Shown: positions 47,403 to 57,015 of the stretch, piece by piece
Numbering within the stretch: position 1 is the stretch's first letter
Layout: each line of letters opens with the position of its first letter
NCBI GenBank assembly: GCA_030529425.1
Contig: JAUMWX010000004.1
Coordinates: forward strand, 78,629-142,628
Origin: Tissierellia bacterium
Lineage (GTDB): Bacteria > Bacillota > Clostridia > Tissierellales > Peptoniphilaceae
Direction of reading: 5' to 3'
Length of the DNA stretch: 64,000 nucleotides
Translations under genes and position numbers: made by a program
Notes under the pieces: generated by a model
Seen by the model: only the letters and a program-made list of their open reading frames with translations
What the model was told of the DNA's origin: nothing
The model's database searches: none

Positions 47403-47504
47403 AGAATATTTCTGCAAATTTTAGTGCAATATTCGCTATCAAGTCTTTTTCATTAACCGCATCCATATTTTTCTCCTATTTTTTGTTAATAATATCTCAT
47501 AAAA

Positions 47505-47556
47505 AATATAAAACAAAAACAGGGATAACTATTTAATGTAAATAGCTAGCCCTGTC
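47505..47556 (-). terminator. Rho-independent terminator after the ptsI-coupled gene (16-bp imperfect stem CAGGGATAACTATTTA/TAAATAGCTAGCCCTG).
   Basis: Two mismatches in the stem. On the minus strand it is followed by TTTTTGTTTTATATTTTTT. Confidence 0.55.
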
Positions 47557-47564
47557 CACAGTTT

Positions 47565-48185
47565 TTACTTAAACCAAGTTGGTATTTCTACGGTAAAATC
47601 TTCATAAAAATCGAATATGTGGTCAAGTCTGTTTTGATAATACTCATTACATTGTGGATATTGGTCTATCTTTACAATCAAATTCAAACAATATACCGCA
47701 GTATATAATGATAGAAGTCTAAAAAACTTACGATTGACACCACCGCTAAAATACTTACTCACTATCATTTTTGCAAGTTTCGGATGTTCTATGGCAATGA
47801 CATTAAGAGTATAGAAATCCACAACATAATCCCCATTTGTCGTCTTCGTTTTCACAATGCCGAACTTATCATCAAACACCAAGTCCATCAGTGAATGTTT
47901 TTCCAGAGTTTTAGATGTCTTTCTGTCCTTAATAATAAACTTGTTTTTTTCAATGAAATCAACTAAGATATAATCCTTTAATCCGCTTTTTTTTATCAGT
48001 CCATGATTAAAGACAGCCAAATTCATCAGTCCGATATATTCATCTTCCCAATCATTCTCAAAAACTTCCTTACTGTGAATTTCTTTCAAATAAGACACTA
48101 TATTATCTGAAATCAACTCATAATCACTCTCTTCAATTCTGCCTTGCAATGCTCTCAATTTAAATAACTGAGTCTTGTTAGCCAT
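47565..48185 (-). CDS. Hypothetical cytoplasmic protein, 206 aa, translationally coupled to ptsI.
   Basis: No motif I recognise. Its ATG lies inside the last codons of ptsI (AATCATGGCTAA), an 8-nt overlap. Confidence 0.5.
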   Translation of the reverse strand: MANKTQLFKLRALQGRIEESDYELISDNIVSYLKEIHSKEVFENDWEDEYIGLMNLAVFNHGLIKKSGLKDYILVDFIEKNKFIIKDRKTSKTLEKHSLMDLVFDDKFGIVKTKTTNGDYVVDFYTLNVIAIEHPKLAKMIVSKYFSGGVNRKFFRLLSLYTAVYCLNLIVKIDQYPQCNEYYQNRLDHIFDFYEDFTVEIPTWFK

Positions 48186-49887
48186 GATTTGCTTCCTCTA
48201 ACTTGCTTTCAATCTCTTCCAATGTACGAAGTTTAAGAACTTCTTCCGCAAAATGTTTTGCATTTTCAAAGTCGGAGCTTCTAACAATATCCTTAATTTT
48301 TCCTATTTGAGATCCAACCGATGAAAATTCATCCAATCCCATTCCAAGCAGTAAATATGTTGCCATGGTGTCAGATGCCATAGATCCGCACATTCCGGTC
48401 CATTTTCCGGCATCGTGTGATGCATCTATAACAGTCTTTATCGCCTTCAAAACAGCCGGATTAAAATGATTGTATAAGTGAGAAACTACATCATTTCCCC
48501 TATCTACCGCCAAAATATACTGAGTTAAATCATTTGTTCCGATACTAAAAAAGTCACATTCCTCAATTAAATCTCTAGCAACCAATACGGAAGCCGGTGT
48601 TTCAATCATTATTCCCACTTCAATATTCGGATCATACTTAATATTTTCCTCATCCAATTCTTGCTTAAATTTCTTAATGTACTCTTGAACCTTTGCTATT
48701 TCTTCCACTGAAATTATCATCGGTAAAAGTATTTTAACATTTCCAAAAGCACTTGCTCTTAGAATTGCTCTTAATTGCGCCTTCAAAATATCAATTTCAT
48801 CAAAAGCAATTCTTAATGCTCTCCATCCCAAAAACGGATTTTCTTCTGTCGGAAAATCAAAATAACTCAAGCCTTTATCACCGCCAATATCCAAAGTACG
48901 AATAATCAACGGTTTTCCCTCAAGTTTTTCGGCTACGGTTCTATAAGCTTGGAATTGAATTTCTTCGCTTGGGAAGTTCTCAGCCTCCATGTATAAAAAT
49001 TCCGTTCTGAATAAACCTACACCCTCAGCTCCATCTTTAAGACCTAATTCCAAATCTTCAATATTACCGATATTACAAGCTATCTCAACTTTGCGTCCGT
49101 CCTTGGTCACAGCCTTTTCAAATTTTATATTGTCCAATCTTTTTTTCTCATTTTCAAGCTCTTTTATTTTTACATTGAACTCTTCAATGATTTTTTCATC
49201 CGGGTTTACAATTACCTGTCCTTCATTTGCGTCAAGTATTAAGAAATCTCCATGTTTTATACAATCCGTAGCATTTTTTGTTCCTACAATTGCCGGAATT
49301 GACAAAGTCTGCGCAATGATGGATACATGCGAGGTCTTTCCGCCCAAGTTCATAACAAAACCAAGCACCTTTTTCTTATCCATTGTCGAAGTATCGGAAG
49401 GTGTTAATTCCTCAGATATTACGATAACTTCATCCTCCAATTTCTCCAATGTTTTGGGAATAATGTTCTTTAGTTTATACATTAATTGTTCCCCGACATC
49501 CTTATAATCACTTGCTCTTTCTTTCAAATATTCATCGTCAAGTGATTCCATCATCATTACCATCTCTGAAATTGTTTCACTCAAAGATTTTTCAACATTA
49601 TAGTTTAGAGAATCTATCTTTGAATCAACCGTATCTACCAAATAAGGATCCTGTATTAATTCAATATGTGCTTCCGCAACAGATTTTTCTGAATCATTTG
49701 AGAAATCTCTGTTTTTTAAATCATTAACATAATCAAAAATTGCAGTCCTGATTTTGCCCTTTTCTTCCTCTTTTAATTCATTGGAAACAGTCTCTTGAGA
49801 AATTTCAAATTTTACTTTTTCGAATAAATATGCTTTTCCCATTACAATTCCCTTTGAAGCACTAATACCTCTCACAATATTTTTCAT
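48178..49887 (-). CDS. ptsI: Phosphoenolpyruvate-protein phosphotransferase (PTS enzyme I).
   Basis: N-terminal GISASKGIVMGKAY. PEP-utilising histidine region GGKTSHVSIIA. C-terminal TIM barrel. Start placed at M18 with a GGGGG SD. Confidence 0.9.
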   Translation of the reverse strand: MKNIVRGISASKGIVMGKAYLFEKVKFEISQETVSNELKEEEKGKIRTAIFDYVNDLKNRDFSNDSEKSVAEAHIELIQDPYLVDTVDSKIDSLNYNVEKSLSETISEMVMMMESLDDEYLKERASDYKDVGEQLMYKLKNIIPKTLEKLEDEVIVISEELTPSDTSTMDKKKVLGFVMNLGGKTSHVSIIAQTLSIPAIVGTKNATDCIKHGDFLILDANEGQVIVNPDEKIIEEFNVKIKELENEKKRLDNIKFEKAVTKDGRKVEIACNIGNIEDLELGLKDGAEGVGLFRTEFLYMEAENFPSEEIQFQAYRTVAEKLEGKPLIIRTLDIGGDKGLSYFDFPTEENPFLGWRALRIAFDEIDILKAQLRAILRASAFGNVKILLPMIISVEEIAKVQEYIKKFKQELDEENIKYDPNIEVGIMIETPASVLVARDLIEECDFFSIGTNDLTQYILAVDRGNDVVSHLYNHFNPAVLKAIKTVIDASHDAGKWTGMCGSMASDTMATYLLLGMGLDEFSSVGSQIGKIKDIVRSSDFENAKHFAEEVLKLRTLEEIESKLEEANHG

Positions 49888-49953
49888 TTTACCCCCAAAT
49901 GTACAAATAAAGGATACTGAAAAGTACCCTTTATACAATTCTATTAACTTGAA

Positions 49954-50214
49954 TTAATCAGTCAAATTTTGAATAAACTCTACTACTTTGTCAGTGTTTT
50001 CTTCTTCATTTTCGCCGGTAACTCTAACAACAATTTCAGTACCCTTAGAAATACCTAAAGACATAACACTAAAAATACTCTTAGCATTAGCCACTTTACC
50101 TTCTTTAACAAGTTCGATTTCTCCCGGCATAGCTTTCACAAATTGAACTAAAGCTGCTGCTGGTCTTGCATGAAGTCCAGTTTCGTTCGTTACCAATACA
50201 CTCTTTTCAATCAT
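49954..50214 (-). CDS. ptsH: Phosphocarrier protein HPr.
   Basis: 86 aa. His15 region NETGLHARPAA and Ser46 region AKSIFSVMSLG. Confidence 0.9.
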   Translation of the reverse strand: MIEKSVLVTNETGLHARPAAALVQFVKAMPGEIELVKEGKVANAKSIFSVMSLGISKGTEIVVRVTGENEEENTDKVVEFIQNLTD

Positions 50215-50227
50215 TTGTTTCCTCCAT

Positions 50228-51238
50228 TTAAGTTAATTTTTTGATAGTTTCTCTTAACATTATTTCGTGATGTAAATTGATACTTTGAGAAAAATCGTCT
50301 TCTTCTTTAAGTACTTTTATTAACACTCTTACAGCCACCGCTCCAATGTCATAATTAGGCAATCTTACTGTAGTTATGCTAGGTCTTACCAAAGATGAAT
50401 ATAGGGCATTTCCAAATCCTGATATAGACAAGTCATCAGGCACTGAAATACCGTTATCATAGCAATAGTGAAGAATACCCACCGCCAACAAATCTGACGA
50501 TGCCATGATAGTAGTATATCCTTTCTTTTTAATAAGTTCTATGTTACTAGCCATGAATCTATACGCTTCATCGACAGTATCTTTATTAACATACATAATC
50601 TTTGAATTCAATCCATGCTTATTCATCTCATCCTCATATCCTCTTTGTTTCATGTCGGATGAATAATCAAATGACTTTTCTCTCACATACAATATGTTTT
50701 TATGATTTTGTTCAATAATATGCTTTGTCATTGAAGCCATTGCACTTGAATAGTGAACACTTATAGTTCTGTATTCTTCAGTGTTATAAAACTTGTCCAA
50801 CAAAATATACGGTATATCATACTCTTTTATTGAATACAAAATCTCATTATTGATTTTTTCGGAAATGACAATTATTCCTTCTACTTGTTTAGATGACAAA
50901 AACTCCACAGCCTTCTTTTGCTTTTCTAAATCTCCAAATGTAGAGTATAGCAGAATATCATATTTGTACATCTTCCCAATTTCGTCAATTCCTCTAACAT
51001 ACTGAGCCATATATTCTATTCCGATATCATCAAGAATAATTCCCAATGTATTTGATTTTTTCATAACCAATGACCTTGCAAGCTCATTAGGTTTGTAACC
51101 GAGTTTTTCAATAGCTCTATTTACAGCTAAAGTCTTGTCCGGAGAAACTTTTCTGGTTCCGTTGATAACTCTGGATACTGTTGAGATAGAAACACCTGCT
51201 AAATTCTTTACATCTTCCATTGTAGGCTTTCTAGACAT
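50228..51238 (-). CDS. LacI-family transcriptional regulator (CcpA-like).
   Basis: N-terminal HTH TMEDVKNLAGVSISTVSRVING plus a periplasmic-binding-protein-like sugar-binding core. AGGAGG SD. Directly upstream of ptsH-ptsI. Confidence 0.8.
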   Translation of the reverse strand: MSRKPTMEDVKNLAGVSISTVSRVINGTRKVSPDKTLAVNRAIEKLGYKPNELARSLVMKKSNTLGIILDDIGIEYMAQYVRGIDEIGKMYKYDILLYSTFGDLEKQKKAVEFLSSKQVEGIIVISEKINNEILYSIKEYDIPYILLDKFYNTEEYRTISVHYSSAMASMTKHIIEQNHKNILYVREKSFDYSSDMKQRGYEDEMNKHGLNSKIMYVNKDTVDEAYRFMASNIELIKKKGYTTIMASSDLLAVGILHYCYDNGISVPDDLSISGFGNALYSSLVRPSITTVRLPNYDIGAVAVRVLIKVLKEEDDFSQSINLHHEIMLRETIKKLT

Positions 51239-51335
51239 ACTATCACCTCCTATTTTATTAGATATTTACATATCAAAGAAATTATATCATAAAATGAAAA
51301 CACTCTCAATCTATTATTTTCATGTTTTTTCACGA

Positions 51336-51366
51336 TAATAAAAACCGGATCTGAAATCAGAGCCGG
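51336..51366 (-). terminator. Rho-independent terminator of topA (CCGGATCTGA/TCAGAGCCGG stem, one mismatch).
   Basis: Hairpin 12 bp after the topA stop. T-run on the minus strand (TTTTTATTATCGTG). Confidence 0.55.
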
Positions 51367-51377
51367 TAGTATAATAT

Positions 51378-53438
51378 TTAATTTCCTTCTTCACAATTCT
51401 CGTTGTTACAAAGTATTTTATCTATTTTTCTGTTTTTTCTGTGAACCATTAAATCTCCACATTTTTTACAGATTTCACCCGTAGGTTTATCCCAAGATGC
51501 CCAATCACAATCAGGATAATTACTGCACCCATAAAACAGCTTTCCCTTTTTTGAAATCTTTTCAATGATTAATCCGGAACATTTAGGACATTTAACTCCC
51601 GTAGTTTTGATGATTGCTTTTGTAAAAGTACATTCCGGAAATCCGCTGCATCCGACAAATTTTCCATTTCTCCCCTCTTTATATATCAGAGGTTTTCCAC
51701 ATTCAGGACATAGCTCTCCGGTTGGCTTTGATTCAAGTTCAAACGATTTTTTTGACTCCTTCGCCTTGTTCAAATCCTTTTCAAACTCTTTATAGAAAGC
51801 TCTAAGCATCGTTTTCCAATCTAAACTTTTTTCTTCAATTTTATCCAATTCAGTTTCCAAACTTGCAGTGAATTCCTCGTTTATGATTGTGTCAAAATAC
51901 TCGGCAAGCAAATTATTTACTGTTACCCCCAATTCCGTAGGAAATAAAGACTTATTTTCAATTGAAACATAATTTCGTCCCAAAATACTTTTTATTATTG
52001 AAGAATAGGTCGAAGGTCTTCCTATTCCGTTTTCTTCAAGGGTTTTAACCAATGAAGCTTCCGTATATCTTGCTTTCGGCTTGGTAAAATGTTGATTTTT
52101 ATCTATTGTATTAACGGAGAAAATTTCATTTTTGTTCAAGTTCGGCAAAATAACGCTATTATCTGAAACTCTCCACACTCTGCTAAAACCGTCAAATTTT
52201 ACTATAGAACCGCTAACCTTAAATATTTCTCCATTATTTTTGATATCATACCTGGTCGACAAATATTTGGTGCTTGCCATTTGAGATGCTAAAGTTCTTT
52301 CCCAAATCAAATTATAAAGTTTGAATTGATCCGGTGTTAAATACTTTCCTATTACATCAGGAGATCTGTATATTGATGAAACTCTTACCGCTTCATGTGC
52401 ATCCTGAGAATTGCTTTTTTTCTTTGAATATCTATTACCCTTTGTTAAGTATTCTTCTCCGTAATTGTTTTTTATATATTCCAATGCCTCATCAATTATG
52501 CCTTGAGATAATCTGGTAGAATCCGTTCTCATATAAGAAATAAGACCTACGGTTCCTTCATCACCTATATAGATTCCTTCATAAAGTTGTTGTGCAACTT
52601 GCATAGTTTTTGATGTCGAAAAATTAATTCTTTTTGAAGCCTCTTGTTGTAAAGTTGATGTCGTAAAAGGAGGATAAGGTTTTCTGCTCATGTTTGATGT
52701 AATCTTATCGTAAACCTCAAACTTATCCTTATCGATAATTTCCATTACTTTATCGGCTTCCAACTCATTGTTTAACTTATTTGCTACAACTTCTCCATCA
52801 ATCAGTCTTCCGTGATATTTCCCCACAAAGTCAGTTTTTGAATGATTTGCTTTGAATTCTATCGTCCAATATTCCTCAGGTATAAAACTGTTTATTTCAT
52901 TTTCTCTATCCACAATAAGCTTTAAGGCCACAGATTGAACCCTTCCGGCTGACAAACCGCTTTTGACTTTCTTCCATAGTACCGGAGACAATTCGTACCC
53001 TACAATCCTGTCCATTACTCTTCTTGCCTGTTGAGCGTCAACCAAAGACAGATCTATACTCCTCGGGTTTTTTATAGCTTCTTTTACCGTGTCCTTGGTT
53101 ATTTCATGAAATACTATTCTGTTTTTCTCCTTTAAATCCAAGTCTAAAAGATATGCTAAATGCCATGCAATTGCTTCTCCTTCTCTGTCGGGATCGGATG
53201 CTAGGAAAATATGGTCTGCCTTTTGAGCTTCTTTTTTTATATCATTAATCGTTTTGGCCTTTCCTCTCACATTGATATATTGAGGTTCAAAATCATTTTT
53301 TATATCGACACCCATCCTACTTTTGGGCAAATCTCTTAAATGCCCGACAGATGCCATAATCTTATAATTTTTGCCTAAAAACTTTCCTATTGTTTTTGCT
53401 TTTGTGGGCGATTCCACAATTATCAGATTCTTAGCCAT
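51378..53438 (-). CDS. topA: DNA topoisomerase I.
   Basis: TOPRIM N-terminus LIIVESPTKAKTIGKFLG, active-site Tyr region and three C-terminal C4 zinc ribbons (CPECG ... CPKCSG ... CKKCGD). Confidence 0.9.
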   Translation of the reverse strand: MAKNLIIVESPTKAKTIGKFLGKNYKIMASVGHLRDLPKSRMGVDIKNDFEPQYINVRGKAKTINDIKKEAQKADHIFLASDPDREGEAIAWHLAYLLDLDLKEKNRIVFHEITKDTVKEAIKNPRSIDLSLVDAQQARRVMDRIVGYELSPVLWKKVKSGLSAGRVQSVALKLIVDRENEINSFIPEEYWTIEFKANHSKTDFVGKYHGRLIDGEVVANKLNNELEADKVMEIIDKDKFEVYDKITSNMSRKPYPPFTTSTLQQEASKRINFSTSKTMQVAQQLYEGIYIGDEGTVGLISYMRTDSTRLSQGIIDEALEYIKNNYGEEYLTKGNRYSKKKSNSQDAHEAVRVSSIYRSPDVIGKYLTPDQFKLYNLIWERTLASQMASTKYLSTRYDIKNNGEIFKVSGSIVKFDGFSRVWRVSDNSVILPNLNKNEIFSVNTIDKNQHFTKPKARYTEASLVKTLEENGIGRPSTYSSIIKSILGRNYVSIENKSLFPTELGVTVNNLLAEYFDTIINEEFTASLETELDKIEEKSLDWKTMLRAFYKEFEKDLNKAKESKKSFELESKPTGELCPECGKPLIYKEGRNGKFVGCSGFPECTFTKAIIKTTGVKCPKCSGLIIEKISKKGKLFYGCSNYPDCDWASWDKPTGEICKKCGDLMVHRKNRKIDKILCNNENCEEGN

Positions 53439-53596
53439 GCTTTCTCCCTTATGATTCTAATTATCATTGAGATTATACATTTGTTTCCAATTATTGTCAA
53501 AAAACATATTTGTTTTTCATAACTATTTTTATTTATTGACCTTTTATAAATAATTAAATAAAATATCTTTGTTATCAATTATATTTGGAGAAAACT

Positions 53597-54760
53597 ATGG
53601 AAAATCCTAAAAATAAAAATCTGAAAAAAACAATAAGTCTCGAAGGAATATCATTTCTTATAATTATATTCTTCGTATTTTCTGTATTTATCTATAAAAT
53701 GGGCACTGTCAATTTTATAAATACCGTTTTTAACACTTCATTTAAATTACTTACCGAAACGGTTTTATATCTTACCGCTATTACGGTTGTTACGGGCGGT
53801 CTTATCGGAATTCTTAATGAATTTGGAATTACGGCGATATTAAACAAACTTTTTTCTCCATTCATGCGACCTCTTTTCGGAATGCCGGGAGCCGGAGTAA
53901 TTGGAGTAATAACCACCTATTTTTCAGATAATCCGGCAATTTTAGCATTGGGAAAAGATCCTAACTTTACAAGATATTTCAAAAAATATCAACTGCCCGC
54001 CATAGTTAATATGGGAACCGGATTTGGAATGGGACTTATTATTACCTTATTCATGATTGGATTAAAATCTCCCGACGGTGAAAATTTTTTTATTCCAGTT
54101 TTGATAGGAAATGTGGCAGCAATTATCGGAACAATTGTTTCTACCAGATTAATGTTGGCAAAAGCAAAAAAACTGTATGGTAAAGAAGAATGTTCAAACA
54201 ACAATGAAAACTTCGAATATGATATTTTAGAATATAGAGAAGTAAGAGAAGGAAATATATCTCAAAGATTTTTGGCAGCCATGCTTGAAGGAGGAGCATC
54301 CGGAATAGATGTAGGCGTAAGTATCATCCCCGGCGTTTTAATTACAAGCACTTTTGTCATGTTGCTTACATATGGTCCCGGTCAAAACGGGTATACAGGT
54401 GAAGCATTTCAAGGAATACAACTCTTGCCTTGGATTGGAAACAAACTTTCATTTATAATTAATCCCCTATTCGGCTTTAAATCTGCTCAAAACATAGCTG
54501 TTCCTATAACAGCTTTGGGTGCTTCAAGCGCATCCATGAGCATTATTCCAAGCTTACTTAAGCAAGGATTGCTAAAAGGAAATGACATCGCCGTATTCAC
54601 TGCAATGTGTATGTGTTTATCCGGTTACTTGAGTACTCATGTGGCAATGATGAATACAATGAATTTTAAAGAATTAACGGGGAGGGCAATATTAAGTCAT
54701 ACCATCGGTGCGATTTTTGCAGGAACCTTTGCGCATATTTTTTGCCTTTTAATACTATGA
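53597..54760 (+). CDS. Membrane protein of the nucleoside-recognition (Gate) / YjiH-YjiG-like family.
   Basis: About 10-TM protein with glycine-rich segments GMPGAGVIGVITTYFSDNPAIL. Start placed at the ATG (MENPKN) downstream of the track's TTG. Family assignment is tentative. Confidence 0.45.
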   Translation: MENPKNKNLKKTISLEGISFLIIIFFVFSVFIYKMGTVNFINTVFNTSFKLLTETVLYLTAITVVTGGLIGILNEFGITAILNKLFSPFMRPLFGMPGAGVIGVITTYFSDNPAILALGKDPNFTRYFKKYQLPAIVNMGTGFGMGLIITLFMIGLKSPDGENFFIPVLIGNVAAIIGTIVSTRLMLAKAKKLYGKEECSNNNENFEYDILEYREVREGNISQRFLAAMLEGGASGIDVGVSIIPGVLITSTFVMLLTYGPGQNGYTGEAFQGIQLLPWIGNKLSFIINPLFGFKSAQNIAVPITALGASSASMSIIPSLLKQGLLKGNDIAVFTAMCMCLSGYLSTHVAMMNTMNFKELTGRAILSHTIGAIFAGTFAHIFCLLIL

Positions 54761-54782
54761 TAAACTGATAATTTTATGTTAA

Positions 54783-54806
54783 AAAAGACGGAACAACCGT
54801 CTTTTT
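54783..54806 (+). terminator. Rho-independent terminator (AGACGG/CCGTCT stem plus T-run).
   Basis: AAAAAAGACGGAACAACCGTCTTTTTCAATT, about 20 bp after the stop of the Gate-family protein gene. Confidence 0.65.
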
Positions 54807-54896
54807 CAATTTGAAAATTTATTATATATTACTTTTATTTGCTTGCTATTTTTTTAATATTTTAAATTATATTTTCTAAAATCGTATGCACATTCA

Positions 54897-55973
54897 TTAA
54901 AATACTTTACCATAAAAATTATTTCCCAAAGATATGATTCTTCCTGACATTTCTAATTTCATTATAGATGCATAACATTCGGATATATCCATGTTTGATA
55001 GAGTAATTATCTCATTTATATTTGTATTTTTAATAGATAAAATCTCAAGTATTTTAATTTCATTCTTTGAGATTTCTCTTTCAGAAATATTTAAAACTTT
55101 TTCAACCTCTTTTATGAAAGGAAGTTCATCTACTATATCTTCGGCATTTTGTACAATTTTAGCTCCATTTTTTATCAAATTATTTGTTCCTTTTGAATAA
55201 ACGCTGTCTATTCCTCCCGGAATGGCAAATACACCCTTGTTTTGCTCAATGGCGTAGTTTGCGGTTATCAATGAGCCGCTGTTTTCAGCAGCTTCAATCA
55301 CTAAAACTCCCAGCGACAGTCCCGAAATTATTCTGTTTCTCATGACAAAATTTCTCTTTATCGGTTCGGTGGTGAACGGAAATTCACTAATTAAAATTTG
55401 ATTTTCCATATCGACATAAAGCTCAATATTTGTTTTAGGGTAAACTATGTCCAATGACGAAGCCAGTATTCCCGCCGTACATAAATCATTTTCAATCGCT
55501 TCTCTATGGGCTATATAGTCAATTCCCAACGCCATTCCTGAAATGATGCTCAAATCATATTTTTTTAATTCTTTGATTATTTTTTTTGTAACCCATCTTC
55601 CGTATTCGGTGGGTTTTCTCGTTCCTACGATCGCTATGGAATTATTGAGTTTATCTATTTTTTTTCCTTTAATGTAAATTATGCTGGGAGCATTGAATAT
55701 ATTTTTAAGATTTTGAGGATAATTAATATCTAAAATGGTTAAAAATTCATATCCTTGTTGATATAATTTATGTTTATAATTCTCAATATTTATATTCAGT
55801 TTGTATTTTAGTTTGTCTTTTTCCGCGGCTGTGAAAATCCCGATTTTATCTATAGATTTTTCGTTTAGATATAGAAGTTTATCCATTGCGCCTGAGCTGA
55901 TCAGATTTAGAATTTTCAGATTGTTGATTCTGCATATGTTTAAAAATAATATTATATCTCTGTAATTGTACAT
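54897..55973 (-). CDS. dprA: DNA processing protein DprA (Smf).
   Basis: Rossmann-like DprA core IAIVGTRKPTEYG ... ISGMALGIDYIAH ... ENSGSLITANYA. Start placed at M21 with a GAGGTG SD. Confidence 0.85.
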   Translation of the reverse strand: MYNYRDIILFLNICRINNLKILNLISSGAMDKLLYLNEKSIDKIGIFTAAEKDKLKYKLNINIENYKHKLYQQGYEFLTILDINYPQNLKNIFNAPSIIYIKGKKIDKLNNSIAIVGTRKPTEYGRWVTKKIIKELKKYDLSIISGMALGIDYIAHREAIENDLCTAGILASSLDIVYPKTNIELYVDMENQILISEFPFTTEPIKRNFVMRNRIISGLSLGVLVIEAAENSGSLITANYAIEQNKGVFAIPGGIDSVYSKGTNNLIKNGAKIVQNAEDIVDELPFIKEVEKVLNISEREISKNEIKILEILSIKNTNINEIITLSNMDISECYASIMKLEMSGRIISLGNNFYGKVF

Positions 55974-55980
55974 ATTCACC

Positions 55981-56325
55981 TCAAAAAGCGTTTTTGATAT
56001 GTCGAATCTCTTTGAGTTCCCAATAGCATTCAATTATGTCAAATCTTATATTGTATTCAAAAAGACCGTTTCTAAAAATATAGTCATTAGCAACGGTCTT
56101 AATATTTCTAATTTTTTTGTAATTAACAGATTCAGACGCAAACGCAAAGTCGTCATTTTTTCTTGTTTTAACTTCGACCACAATGATTTTTTTATCCTTA
56201 AAGGCGATAATATCTATCTCTCCTTTTGAATTGGAATAATTTCTTTCAAGTATTATATAACTATTTTTTACGAGGTAATCTACTGCGATTTGTTCTCCCA
56301 ATTTACCTATCATTTTGTTTTTCAT
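55981..56325 (-). CDS. yraN: YraN-family (UPF0102) endonuclease.
   Basis: 114 aa. GKLGEQIAVDYLVKNSYIILERNY ... GEIDIIAF ... VVEVKTR is the YraN signature. Confidence 0.75.
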   Translation of the reverse strand: MKNKMIGKLGEQIAVDYLVKNSYIILERNYSNSKGEIDIIAFKDKKIIVVEVKTRKNDDFAFASESVNYKKIRNIKTVANDYIFRNGLFEYNIRFDIIECYWELKEIRHIKNAF

Positions 56326-56956
56326 TTAATTTTTCAAAATACTTTGTCATGAAGGACTTTCTATGAATGCTTGAAATACCATGCTTCTCTATAGCTTCAT
56401 AGTGCTTTTTTGTACCATATCCTTTATGAGCTTCAAACATATATTCTGGATAAGCCTTTGAAAAACCAATCATCATATCGTCTCTAAATACCTTCGCAAG
56501 AATGGATGCGCAAGATATTTCATAAACAAGGTCGTCACCTGAAATAATTCCTATCTGATCAATATCACTGTCAATCAATTCTGCATCTATCAACAACAAA
56601 TCAGGCTCCACTTTATTTCCCGACTTGTCTCTAAGATTTTCAATTGCAGTTTTCATGGACAACAAAGTCGCTTGCCTGATATTTATTTCATCAATTACAT
56701 TATTGTCCATTATTCCGATTCCGACAGCATAGGCCTTGTCATATATGTCCTCAGCAAGTTTCCTCCTTTTCTTATCACTAAGTTTTTTAGAGTCCTTGAC
56801 ATCCTCCACCACTTCATCGCCCATTATTACGGCGCAGCTCACTACAGGTCCGGCAATCGGACCTCTCCCAACCTCATCAATACCGCATTTATATTTATAT
56901 ATGGATGACTTCTCATTTAATATGCCTAATTCATCTCTTTTTAGTTTAATTTTCAT
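56303..56956 (-). CDS. rnhB: Ribonuclease HII.
   Basis: GIDEVGRGPIAGPVV active-site motif. 217 aa. Confidence 0.9.
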   Translation of the reverse strand: MKIKLKRDELGILNEKSSIYKYKCGIDEVGRGPIAGPVVSCAVIMGDEVVEDVKDSKKLSDKKRRKLAEDIYDKAYAVGIGIMDNNVIDEINIRQATLLSMKTAIENLRDKSGNKVEPDLLLIDAELIDSDIDQIGIISGDDLVYEISCASILAKVFRDDMMIGFSKAYPEYMFEAHKGYGTKKHYEAIEKHGISSIHRKSFMTKYFEKLNEKQNDR

Positions 56957-57015
56957 AATGATTTTACCTTATTTTCAATTTAAAAAACTGTCAATATTGT
57001 TAAATATTTTTAACT

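Noticed and set aside
51280-51305. Possible cre-like site TGAAAACACTCTCA upstream of the LacI-family regulator.
   Set aside because: It matches only the outer TGA ... TCA of the cre consensus and is not palindromic in its core. The similarity is too weak to call.
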